Source: Macrostomum lignano
Taxonomy: Eukaryota
Length of the DNA stretch: 64,000 nucleotides
Reading direction: 5' to 3'
Assembly (NCBI GenBank): GCA_002269645.1
Contig: NIVC01000338.1
Coordinates: 1-64,000 of the forward strand
A model generated the notes under the pieces. That model was given only the letters and a program-made list of their open reading frames with translations. It had not been told where the DNA came from and searched no databases. A program made the translations under genes and the position numbers. Each line of letters begins with the position of its first letter. Within the stretch, counting starts at the first letter, position 1. Positions 22,972-43,432 of the stretch are shown in pieces.

Positions 22972-25900
22972 ATGCAGGTGCTGGACATCTGCTTCCACAG
23001 CCAGCCACCCTTCTCCGACTGGCGCCAGCCGCAGCAGCGGGCTGCCAACCTCTCGATCAGCGGCGGCGACATCGGCGACCTCAGTGACGGCATCGAGGGT
23101 GTCTTCTGGGACCTGGCGCGGTCCGGTCTCGACCAGTGCGCCGCTGAATGGCGCGGCCCCGGCGCCTTCAGCTACCGGCTGCACCAGCTGAGCAGCGAGA
23201 GCAGGCTGCTGGCCGCCACTGCCGAAGGCAACTGCAACGTCGGGTTCCCGGCGACCTGGACTCCGCTGATGGACCGGCTGGCCGCGGTGCAGTTCCTGCC
23301 TGTGGCCAGGTCGCCAGGTCTGGCCTTTCTTGGACATTTGTGAAGGCCGATGTTTGCAATTTTACGTCTGAAAGGAAGCCACTGAGCATTAAGAACTCAA
23401 ACACAGATCTTAACTTATTTAACTTATTAGATTAAATTAAGAGATGCTTATTACTGCCCTCAACAATGCCCTTATCAGTGCCCTTTTCAGTGCCCTTATC
23501 AGTGCCCTTATCAGTGCCCTTATCAGTGCCCTTATCAGTGCCCTTATCAGTGCCCTTATCTGTGCCCTTATCTGTGCACCTAGTCGGTTATTTGAAATGT
23601 CCCATCTAATGGGCTCTGCATAGGCCAGCGACGCCCGTCTCCATCAGAACCTCCTCACTTCCAGGAGCGGTCTGGCTGGACACAACTGGCGGCCCGCATG
23701 CTGACGACGGCGCGTGGCAGCTGCGCACCGTGGCGCAGGCCTGGCCGCTGCTGCTTGTCATCCTGCTGTCTTGCGGCTACGCCGGCATCGCCATCTGGCT
23801 GCTAGAGCGGCTGCGCAACTCGCAAGAATTTCCCAGGCCGTTCGTGCGCGGCTTCTGGGAGGGCTGCTGGTGGGCCTTCATCACCATGACTACTGTTGGG
23901 TAAGTAATTTGGTTTGGAATTGGCTTTGCTTGGAAGTTTAGAACCACCCACTCCACTCCAATCACAATATAGTAAATTTCTAATAGCCACCAAATTCTGA
24001 TAGAACCCACCTCACTCTGCTAGCACCCACCTCACTCCGCTAGCACCCACCTCACTCCGCTAGCACCCACCTCACTCCGCTAGCACCCACCTCACTCCGC
24101 TAGCACCCACCTCACTCCGCTAGCACCCACCTCACTCCGCTAGCACCCACCTCACTCCGCTAGCACCCACCTCACTCCGCTAGCACCCACCTTACTCCGC
24201 AACATGCCCATTCAACCCCCGTCGCCCAGCTACGGTGATCGGTCGCCCAAGTCAGTGTGCGGCCGTTTGTTCGCCTTCGCTTGGATCAGCTTTGGCCTGG
24301 TTGCCGTGTCAATGTTCACCGCTGGCATCACTGCGGCGCTCAGCGCTCAGGGCATGCAGCAGTTTGATGACGCCAAACTTATCGATGCGGGGGTGAGGCT
24401 GGTTTTGGTAGTTGCAGCGCATTTTCGCGTGGCAATAATACCTGTGCTACTCATTCATTCTCATTGGTACCCTGCTCGCACTGCAGATGATTGTGCTGAA
24501 CGGATCGCACGAGGAGAGCTTGGTTTACGAGTTCGGTTCTGCCCCTGTTGGTGAGGCGGCTTGAGTCTGGTGATGAAGCTTGGTTGTTCCCTCTCCCTTC
24601 ACGCCTCTCCCTTCACGCCTCTCCCTTCACGCCTCTCCCTTCACGCCTCTCCCTTCACGCCTCTCCCTTGATGCCTCTCCCTTCATGTCTCTTCCTTCAT
24701 GGTCCCTTCATGCTTCTCCCTTCATGATCCCTTCATGCTTCTCGGATCATCGCAGTCGTGCCCACCTGGACCGATCTGGTTTCTGCTGCCGCATCGTCGG
24801 CTTCTAAGGGCCGCCTGTCCTCGCCGTCCAACGACACTCAGGGGATCTCGCAACCTCCGCACGGCGTCCTGATGGAGCATTTCATGTACCTTCACGTCCG
24901 CCAGCAGCACCCGCACCGCTTGCGGGCCTCCGCAGCCGCCGGCGTCTCCCAGCCGATGCTCGTTAGGCGGCCCACTCTGCGGGGCTTTCTCATCCGCGGC
25001 CTGGCCGACAAACTGTCCGAGTGTCTGGCCGGCCGCCTCCTCGGACAGCAGCTCAGCGTCTACGAACGGCTGGCCGGGCTGGCGCACGCGGACGAGGAGA
25101 TCGGGGTGACTCGAGGGATTCGGGTGGGATTCGGGTGGGATTCGGGTGGGATTCGGGTGGGATTCGGTGGGATTCGGGTGGGATTCGGGTGGGATTCGGG
25201 CGGGATTCGGGTGGGATTCGGGTGGGATTCGGGTGGGATTCGGGTGGGATTTGGGTGGGATTCGAGTGGGATTCGGGTGGGATTCGGGTGGGATTCGGGT
25301 GGGATTCGGGTGGGATTTCCATTGGATTCGGGCGGGATTCGGGTGGGACTTCCAGTGGATTCGAGTTGGACTCGGGTGAGATTCGGGTGGGATTCCATGG
25401 GATTAGGATGGGAGTCGTGGGAGTTCATATAGATTCGTCTGAGATCTTATCAGGAAGAGGTCGGCGAGGGCTCCTGAGGTGTTACATGCGAGTGCAGCTG
25501 CACATGATGAAGGCTCAGGCTTCGACTTGAAGGAGAATCCTCAGGGATTTCTCATGATTTAAAAATTTTGTTCATCCTTCGAGATCACTCAGAATTGATG
25601 CAACATCGCGACTTCCCGAGATCCTGGATCTTCTCCGCTGCCGCATGCCGAGGGGAAAACAGAATGCATGCGAACTTCGCTCGCCAAATCCAATCTCTGG
25701 GATGCAAAATTTTCATTAGCGGTCAGCTCTATGTGGGACCATGCAGGGCTGATCTGGCTTCTGTCGCGGCTGTCCATCCGCACTTATTTATCTGCTGATC
25801 AGCTGAAGCTCGCTGCCCCCCCCCCCACTCAGACTGCAGGCCTTTCATCAGCTGTCTAAATCTTCTCGAATTCCTTTTCTTTTCATTCGAGTCTGTGCAC

Positions 25901-26760
25901 TACAGACTGCCAGCAAACTTCAGTGATCAGAATAAGTTATTTCCTGTGTTATTCTTCTTTTCCTAGATTTTTTTCCCAAAGAATCCTGATAATTATAAAA
26001 AAGTTTGCACAAAGCCTCATGCTATGACTAAGGCATAAGAATTTGAGTTGTTTGCTTCACTTTTGAACGGACGGGCAGTGAGGCGAGTGTCTGCGGGAGT
26101 GGGGATCTGAGCACGCTGGCAGTGAGGCAGGTGTCTGAGGGAGTGGGGATCTGAGCACGATGGCAGTGGGGCAGGTGTCTGCGGGAGTGGGGATCTGAGC
26201 ACACTGCATGGCAGTGAGGCGGGTGTCTGCGGGAGTGGGGATCTGAGCACACTGGCAGTGAGGCAGGTGTCTGAGGGAGTGGGGATCTGAGCACACTGGC
26301 AGTGAGGCGGATGTCTGTCCCGCATTTCAGCCACCCGAAGATCCACAGAGCCCGGAGGTGGTGGCCCGCTCCCTCTTCGTTGCCAACCGGCTGCAGCTGC
26401 TGGCGCTGGCGGTCTGCCTGGCGCTGCTGCTGGCGCTGCTGTTCGCCTGGGAGAAGCTGCGCTGGGCACCAAGGAATCCGCACTACCAGTGTAAGACTGC
26501 CGGTTCCCACTTGGCCTTACTGCAGTTTTTCTCGCTACAAGTCATCTTCCCAAATTTCAGACGTGGAGCGCAACTGGAAATACGAGCGTCAGCGCAAAGA
26601 CGCGGAGCTGCAGCACCTGCGGATGCAGGCGCTGGCTTCGCCGAATTCGAGAAGTCGGCGGCTTCAGAGGCTTCGACTAAACCGGGACCAGAAGTCGCAG
26701 CCGCCGCAGCCGCCGGTCCAAATGGAGGCTGCAGATGAAGCTGGTGATGTCTGTGCATGA
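22972..26760 (+). CDS. iGluR/GluR0-like ligand-gated channel with a K+ selectivity filter. Exons 22972-23317, 23665-23899, 24230-24392, 24487-24550, 24756-25105, 26331-26490, 26561-26760 (505 aa visible; the N-terminal signal exon was not found)
   Basis: All GT-AG introns are phase-compatible (1, 2, 0, 1, 0, 1) and the total is 1518 nt. Order is S1-like lobe, M1 (WPLLLVILLSCGYAGIAIWLLE), pore WWAFITMTTVG|YGDRSP, M3 (FAWISFGLVAVSMFTAGITAALS), S2 (VLNGSHEE...GVLMEHFM), an extra TM (LLALAVCLALLLALLFAWE) and a tail. Confidence 0.85.
23464..26315. repeat. Intron-specific minisatellites in the channel gene: 12 bp (23464-23578), 20 bp (24004-24200), 14 bp (24588-24735), 11 bp GGGATTCGGGT (25115-25420), about 44 bp (26074-26315)
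   Basis: Each array sits within a predicted intron and has an unrelated unit. Confidence 0.9.
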
Positions 26761-26949
26761 ATGCAGCTCGAATCGATTCACCAAGATTCAAATTGCTTTT
26801 TTAGTAAAAGCAGAGAAAGCGGTCAGCTTTTTCTTGTTACATGTGCATGTGGCTCGCTCTTACCCAATGGTCATTTCCGATTGATTTGACCTCTCATTAA
26901 GAAAAAACACTGCCATCTTATTCTGTCCTTCTATATCTCTGAGCCGTCA

Positions 26950-27360
26950 ACCCCACTCCCTAGCCCTGCTAACCCCTCACTCTGAGGCACCAACACCACT
27001 CGCTGCCCCCGCTACCCCTCATTCTGAAGCACCAAACCCACTCCCTGCCCCCGCTACGCCTCATTATCTGAGATACCAACCCCACTCCCTGCCCCCACTA
27101 CCCCTCATTATCTGAGATACCAACCCCACTCCCTGCCCCCGCTACTCCTCATTCTCTGAGGCGGCACCAACCCCACTTCCTGCCCCGCTACCCCTCATTA
27201 TCTGAGGCACCAACCCCACTTCCTGCCCCGCTACCCCTCACTCTCTGAGGCACCAACTCCACTCCCTGCCCCGCTACCCCTCACTCTCTGAGGCACCAAC
27301 CCCACTCCCTGCCCCGCTACCCCTCGCTCTCTGAGACACCAACCTCACTCCCTGCCCCTA
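26950..27360. repeat. About 44-bp C-rich minisatellite (CCCCACTCCCTGCCCCGCTACCCCTCA...GAGGCACCAA)
   Basis: About 9 diverged copies downstream of the channel stop. Confidence 0.9.
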
Positions 27361-28109
27361 CAAAGCGACTCTCTTCTGGATCTCCCACTCTTTTAACAGC
27401 CCAGTTAATCCCAAATCCTGATGTACTTTTTCGCAGCGTCAGTCTCTCATCTCTGCATGCGATTTCATAGATAAAAAAGAAAGTTAGTCAATAAATATAC
27501 GCTTTGTTGTAACGGTTATGAAATAAAAAAGGCATAAAATAATTTTTTCATTTATCAAGATACTACTTTACTCGAGTAGCTATAAGTAGAGTAGAAGGGA
27601 CTCGAGTGCAGTTTTATTTTTTTAATCAAACAGTTTTCAATGTGAAGAGTCTCTTAAAAAACAGTTGGAAAGAACAATCTGCGACACGTCTAATTTTCAG
27701 AATACAAAGCTGTAAAATTAGCCAGATGAATAAATAGCGGCTCACATAAACCTATTTTTATAAGCGTCTAAAAATCAACCTTTTGAGTTGAGAAGATCTG
27801 CAAATACTGAGGTCGAATAACAAATAGCAAAGGAGAGTTACAACTATCTGAAAGGGGCTGGTTGGGGAAGTTGTGTTCAATAGCGGCAGCAGGTACACAA
27901 AGAAGACTTATCAACAACAAAGAGAATAAACAAATAAGTAGATTTCAATAAAAACAAGTCAAATAAAATTAGTTATAATGACTGAATTTGGAGCTGAAAA
28001 AATCCTACACTTTAATCTGTCTCTACCTGGGACTTCATTAGAAATCAAAACAAAAATAGTCGACACCAATCGTTAATCACTAAGCCAGTTATCTGTCATT
28101 CACGAACTA

Positions 28110-29540
28110 GTTATCATCAACAATCATCATTTTCTAATGAGCCACCATTCATCATTTTTATAATGAGTCATAGTCATCATTTTCTAATCGGTCATCAATA
28201 ATCATTTTCTAATGGGTCATCAATCATCATTTTCTTATGAGTCATCAATCATTTTCTAATGGGTCATCAATCATCATTTTCTTATGAGTCATCAATCATC
28301 TTTTTCTAATGAGTCATCAATCATTATTTTCTAATAGGTCATCAATCATCATTTTCTAATGGGTCATCAATCATCATTTTCTAATGGGTCATCAATCATC
28401 ATTTTCTGATGAGTCATCAATCATCATTTTCTAATGAGTCAACAATCATCATTTTCTGATGAGTCATCAATCATCATTTTCTGATGAGTCATCAATCATC
28501 ATTTTCTAATCGGTCATCAATCATCATTTTCTAATCGGTCATCAATCATCATTTTCTAATGGGTCATCAATCATCATTTTCTAATCGGTCATCAATCATC
28601 ATTTTCTAATCGGTCATCAATCATCATTTTCTAATCGGTCATCAATCATCATTTTCTGATGAGTCATCAATCATCATTTTCTAATCGGTCATCAATCATC
28701 ATTTTCTAATCGGTCATCAATCATCATTTTCTAATGGGTCATCAATCATCATTTTCTAATCGGTCATCAATCATCATTTTCTAATCGGTCATCAATCATC
28801 ATTTTCTGATGAGTCATCAATCATCATTTTCTAATCGGTCATCAATCATCATTTTCTAATCGGTCATCAATCATCATTTTCTAATCGGTCATCAATCATC
28901 ATTTTCTAATCGGTCATCAATAATCATTTTCTAATGGGTCATCAATCATCATTTTGTGATGAGTCATCAATCATCATTTTCTGATGAGTCATCAATCATC
29001 ATTTTCTAATGGGTCATTAATCATCATTTTCTAATGAGTCATCAATCATCATTTTCTGATGAGCCAAAAATCATCATTTTCTAATGAGTCATCATTCATC
29101 ATTTTCTAATGAGTCATAATCATCATTTTCTAATCGGTCATCAATAATCATTTTCTAATGGGTCATCAATCATCATTTTCTGATGAGTCATCAATCATTA
29201 TTTTCTAATGGGTCATCAATCATCATTTTCTAATGGGTCATTAATCATCATTTTCTGATGAGTCATCAATCATCATTTTGTGATGAGTCATCAATCATCA
29301 TTTTCTAATGAGTCAACAATCATCAGTTTCTAATGAGTCATAATTCATCATTTTCTAATGGGTCTACAATCATCAGTTTCTAATAAGCCATCATTCATCA
29401 TTTTTATAATGAGTCATAATCATCATTTTCTAATGAGTCGTCAATCATCATTTTCTAATGGGTCATCATTCATCATTTTATAATGAGTCTTAATCAATAT
29501 TTTCTGATCAGCCAACAATCATTATTTTATAAGGAGTCAT
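28110..29540. repeat. 25-bp AT-rich minisatellite GTCATCAATCATCATTTTCTAAT(GA/CG/GG)
   Basis: Roughly 55 copies, degenerate at both edges. Confidence 0.95.
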
Positions 29541-30619
29541 CATCAATCCTCATCATTCACAAATAAATCAGTTACCACAAGCCATTATTAATGATCAAAT
29601 TCCGACCCAAATTAAAACGACTCCAGCCAGTCGCAAAAGAATTCGCAAAGCAGATCGCCGAGCATTGACTTTGACCAGGAGCTACAAAGCCGGGAAAAAA
29701 GGCGGGGGTCAGAAGTTGCCGCCAACACAGCAGCTTGATGATCAGGACTTGCTGCCGCCGTTACCGCCGCCTTCGCCAGGCTTCGAATCGGCGGGCGCAT
29801 TCGAACTGCCCAGGCGAGTTCGGCCAAGCTGCTGTACCAGAGCTGCTGTTCGATGGATAGCAATCACTGCGTCTGTGGCGGCCTGCCGTGCAAGTCAAAC
29901 AATTCAAGGGTCATTTTCACACAATTTCGCTCTTTAAAGCCAAATCAAAAAGCCATTGTAAACCCACGGAAAATCCACGGAAAACTCATGGGAAATCCAC
30001 GGTAAATCCACGGAAAACCCGCGAAAAATTCACGAAAAATCCGTGGAAAACCCGCGGAAATCCATCTGAAATACCCGTACAGCCTATCGAACCGATAAGG
30101 TGGCGCTTTGCAAACTACGGTTGTAGGGGGTGCCGCCTCCAGATCGGAATTATACCTAATTAGTAGTTGACCTAAATTCTGTGTCCATCTGAAGCATCCT
30201 GAGAAAAGTAGGCTTGTCCTTTCTGATGTCCTTTCTGTCCTTTCTCTGTCGCTCATCCTGCGTAATCAGACTGTCTACCTGCCCTGGGGCTGAAATCTCT
30301 TCAGTGCCCAAATCAGCAGCGGAGCGTCACACAACTGAAATCAATGCTGCGCATGACAAACAGAATGTAGCTGCGATTTCCGAGGGGATATAATTGTAGC
30401 TTCTTTGCCCTGCTCCCGACTCATTTCTCTTCGCCAATGCATGTCTGCTTGCTCAGGCTCGCTCGCCTTTGTTCTCGCTTCTGTTTCTTGCATGCATAGC
30501 TTTGCGGCTGCAAATAGGAATTCGTGAGTAGGGTTGCGTGTCCCGGGTTGCTTTCTGCTTTGTACCCAAGGAAGAGAGAATAAGATAGGAGTAGAGGATA
30601 AGGGAGAGATAGATGACAG

Positions 30620-31525
30620 GGACACAAGAAAAGAGGAAGAGAGGGAGAGGGAGAGGGGTTGAGAGGGAAAGATGAGACAGAGAGATTGGGAGGTAGAGAG
30701 GGGGGAGAGATAGAGGAGATAAGAAAAGGGTGAGTGGGAGAGGGAGAGGAAGAGAGAGACGGAGGGGGAGGGAGGGAAAGAGAGGGAGAGGGAGAGGGAG
30801 GGGGAGAGAGGGGGGAAGGGAGAAGGAGAGGGGAGAGGGCCAGAGCAGAAAGGAAGAGTGTGAGAGGGAGAGGGAGAGAGAGAGGGAGAGGGGGAGGGAG
30901 ATTGAGAGGGAGAGGGAGAGAGGGAGAGGGGGAGGGAGAAAGGGAGAGGGGGAGGGAGATTGAGAGGAAGAGGGAGAGAGGGAAAAGGGGGAGGGAGAAA
31001 GGGAGAGGGGGAGGGAAATTGAGAGGGAGAGGGAGAAAGAGAGGGGGAGGGAGATTGAGAGGGAGAGAAGAGGGGAGAGGGATAGAGGAGATAAGAAGAT
31101 GGTGAGAGGGAGAGGGAGAGAGAAAGAGGGAGGGGGAGAGGGAGAGAGAGAGAAGAGCGGGGGAGGGTGAGAGATAGAGGGGAAGGGAGGGAAAGGGAGA
31201 GATTGAAAAGGAGAGATTGAGTTGGAGAAAGGAGAGAGGGAGGGAGGGGTGAGATTGAGAGGGAGAGATTGAGAGGAAGAGAGGAGAGAGGGAGGGAGGG
31301 GTGAGAGAGGGGGGAGGGAGGGAGAGGGAGAGATTGAGAGGGAGAGATTGAGAGGGAGAGATTGAGAGGGAGGGAGAGGGAGGGAGAGGAAGAGATTGAG
31401 AGGGAGTGGATGAGAGGGAGAGAGGAGAGGGGGGAGGGAGGGAGAGGGAGGGAGAGGGAGAGGATTAGAGGGAGAGAGGAGAGAGGGAGGGAGAGGGTGA
31501 TAGAGAGAGGGACAGATGGAGGAGA
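30620..31525. repeat. Polypurine (GA-rich) low-complexity tract
   Basis: Almost only G and A; explains ORF 30341..31579. Confidence 0.95.
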
Positions 31526-31789
31526 GGAAAAAAAGTATTTTTCACTTTGACAAAAACTTGGCAAGGTTGCGACTCCCATTGAAGTCCGTTAGTTAGGCCG
31601 GCTTAGACAACAAACAGGCTATGCGATTGGCTCATCCGGTCTCATTCAGAGGTGATAATTGGCATAATTAGAACATTTCGGCATGCCAAAATGAATGCAA
31701 CGGGTGCTGCTCAGATCCACAGAAGAGACAGTTGAGATTCAGAAAGGAATGGAAGACAGTAGTCCCAGCAACTAAAGATTCGAAGATCT

Positions 31790-32060
31790 TGAAGATTTCG
31801 AACTGGCAGACTTCTATAGATTCAATATAGAGAACTGGCAGACTTCTATAGATTCAATATAGAGAACTGACAGACTTCTATAGATTCAATATAGAGAACT
31901 GACAGACTTCTATAGATTCAATATAGAGAACTGACAGACTTCTATAGATTCAATATAGAGAACTGACAGACTTCTATAGATTCAATATAGAGAACTGACA
32001 GACTTCTATAGATTCAATATAGAGAACTGACAGACTTCTATAGATTCAATATAGAGAACT
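31790..32060. repeat. 32-bp minisatellite AGAGAACTGACAGACTTCTATAGATTCAATAT
   Basis: About 8 near-identical copies. Confidence 0.95.
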
Positions 32061-32347
32061 TCATCGGTGCAGTTATTTCGCAACCGATTCCCTCAAAGTA
32101 AGTGCCCCGTAGCTTCCCACCCCGTTTAACAACAACAAGTAAGTGCCAGGAAAGTGCAAATTCTTTGCGAGCGTGTGTGCGGCGGATAACTCAAAATGCA
32201 GGTCCTGCACTAATTGCAGCTTCATCTGTAATTATCCCAGTCTCCTCCACGTGCCTTCGCCCCAGTTTCCCATCCCACACGTTCTCAGGCCGCATCTCGT
32301 GCCTGCAGGCGGTTTTCTGCAAAGTTCCTTGACGAGTTTCTTTTCAT

Positions 32348-42169
<9,822 letters not shown>

Positions 42170-42957
42170 CCACTCGGCGCGTACAGGAGCGGGTCAGGAA
42201 TAGAAAAGCGGACAGGGGGAGGCTCAGGCTGAGAACCGACTCAACTTCCTCATGCAGCTCCCCATCCCCTGCACCCTTGGCTAATCTCCATTTGTCTCTC
42301 TGCGGGATCTGAGCCCGCTGCACTGATGGATGCGACTTCTCTCCCCCCTCTCCCCCTCTCTCCCCCTTCCCCTCCACCCCACCCCTCTTTCTCTCCCATC
42401 ATCCAGCTTCCCAATCGGCCATCAGCAGCAGCGGCAATCGGCAACAATAAACTGTTGGCTCGGCTGCTGCTCCAGAGAAAACACCAACAAGCTGCAGCTG
42501 GGAGGAAAAACAAGTGGCCGTTCCTGCAACCCCCCGTTTTCAGCCTCCTCAGGCCTCTGCTCCAGCAGTTCCGCAGTCTGCCTGCCTCTCTCTCTCTCTC
42601 GCTCTCTAGATTAAAATTGCAGAGGCTCACAAAGACTCAGAGGCAGAGAGAGACTGTGTGTATATGTGCTACGAACCTCTAGCTGACCTCGGCGGGACCA
42701 ATATTCACCAGCAATGGCCGCTGATGTAAGTACCGCGATAGACTTTTTATTGTTTTGTAAAAATAATTAGTTAAACAAACAAGTGAACCCACGTCGGGCA
42801 AAACACTTGCAATTGCTCTTTCTTAAGATTCTGAAGTTCAGCAGGTAATATATTGTCAATTTAGTGTTCAAAACTGCAAACCGATTAACTTGCAAATGCA
42901 TCTGGCAGGCGTCCGATATTCGCCTACCAAACATTTGGGTTGTGGTTACAGTTATAG

Positions 42958-43130
42958 TTTAGGTTAGGGTTTTAGGTCAGGGTTTAGGTTAGGGTTTAGA
43001 TTAGAGTTTTAGGTCAGGGTTTCGGTCAGGGTTTAGATAAGGGTTTAGGTTAGGGTTTAGTTTAAGGTTTAGATTAGGGTTTAGTTTAGGGTTTATGTTA
43101 GGGTTTAGGTTAAGGTTTAGCTTAAGGTTT
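42958..43130 (+). repeat. Degenerate telomere-like repeat (TTAGGG/TTTAGG alternation)
   Basis: About 6 exact TTAGGG plus TCAGGG, TAAGGG and TTAAGG variants in a 12-13-bp period. Confidence 0.7.
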
Positions 43131-43432
43131 TTGCTCAGTTTGCGATCTTTCTTTTCCAAAATCAGCTGTCCCGTGAGTTTCAGCTGGCAATTAAATGTTT
43201 TTAATGGATAGTTACGAGCTAAAAACTTGCAGGCAAAATTTTTTTTTAATTTTCAACGGGGACGCTTGAGACTCTAAAATATTGTCTATTTAGCGCCCCA
43301 GAAATTCTGCTTGAGCAATGCAAACAGAAGCAAATTCATAATTTATGCAATAAAAAGACTAAAAGCTTAGAATCCCATCAGGAATTCCTCCCTCATCGCT
43401 TCCAGCCTCTCAAACCGGAGGATGACTGCGAC

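Noticed and set aside
28400-29300. CTGATGAG strings as hammerhead cores
   Set aside because: No helix II or downstream GAAA...UH on the same strand; they are part of the 25-bp unit.
29612-29937. GC-rich island with short ORFs on both strands
   Set aside because: It could be an exon, but I found no recognisable domain or consistent splice partners.
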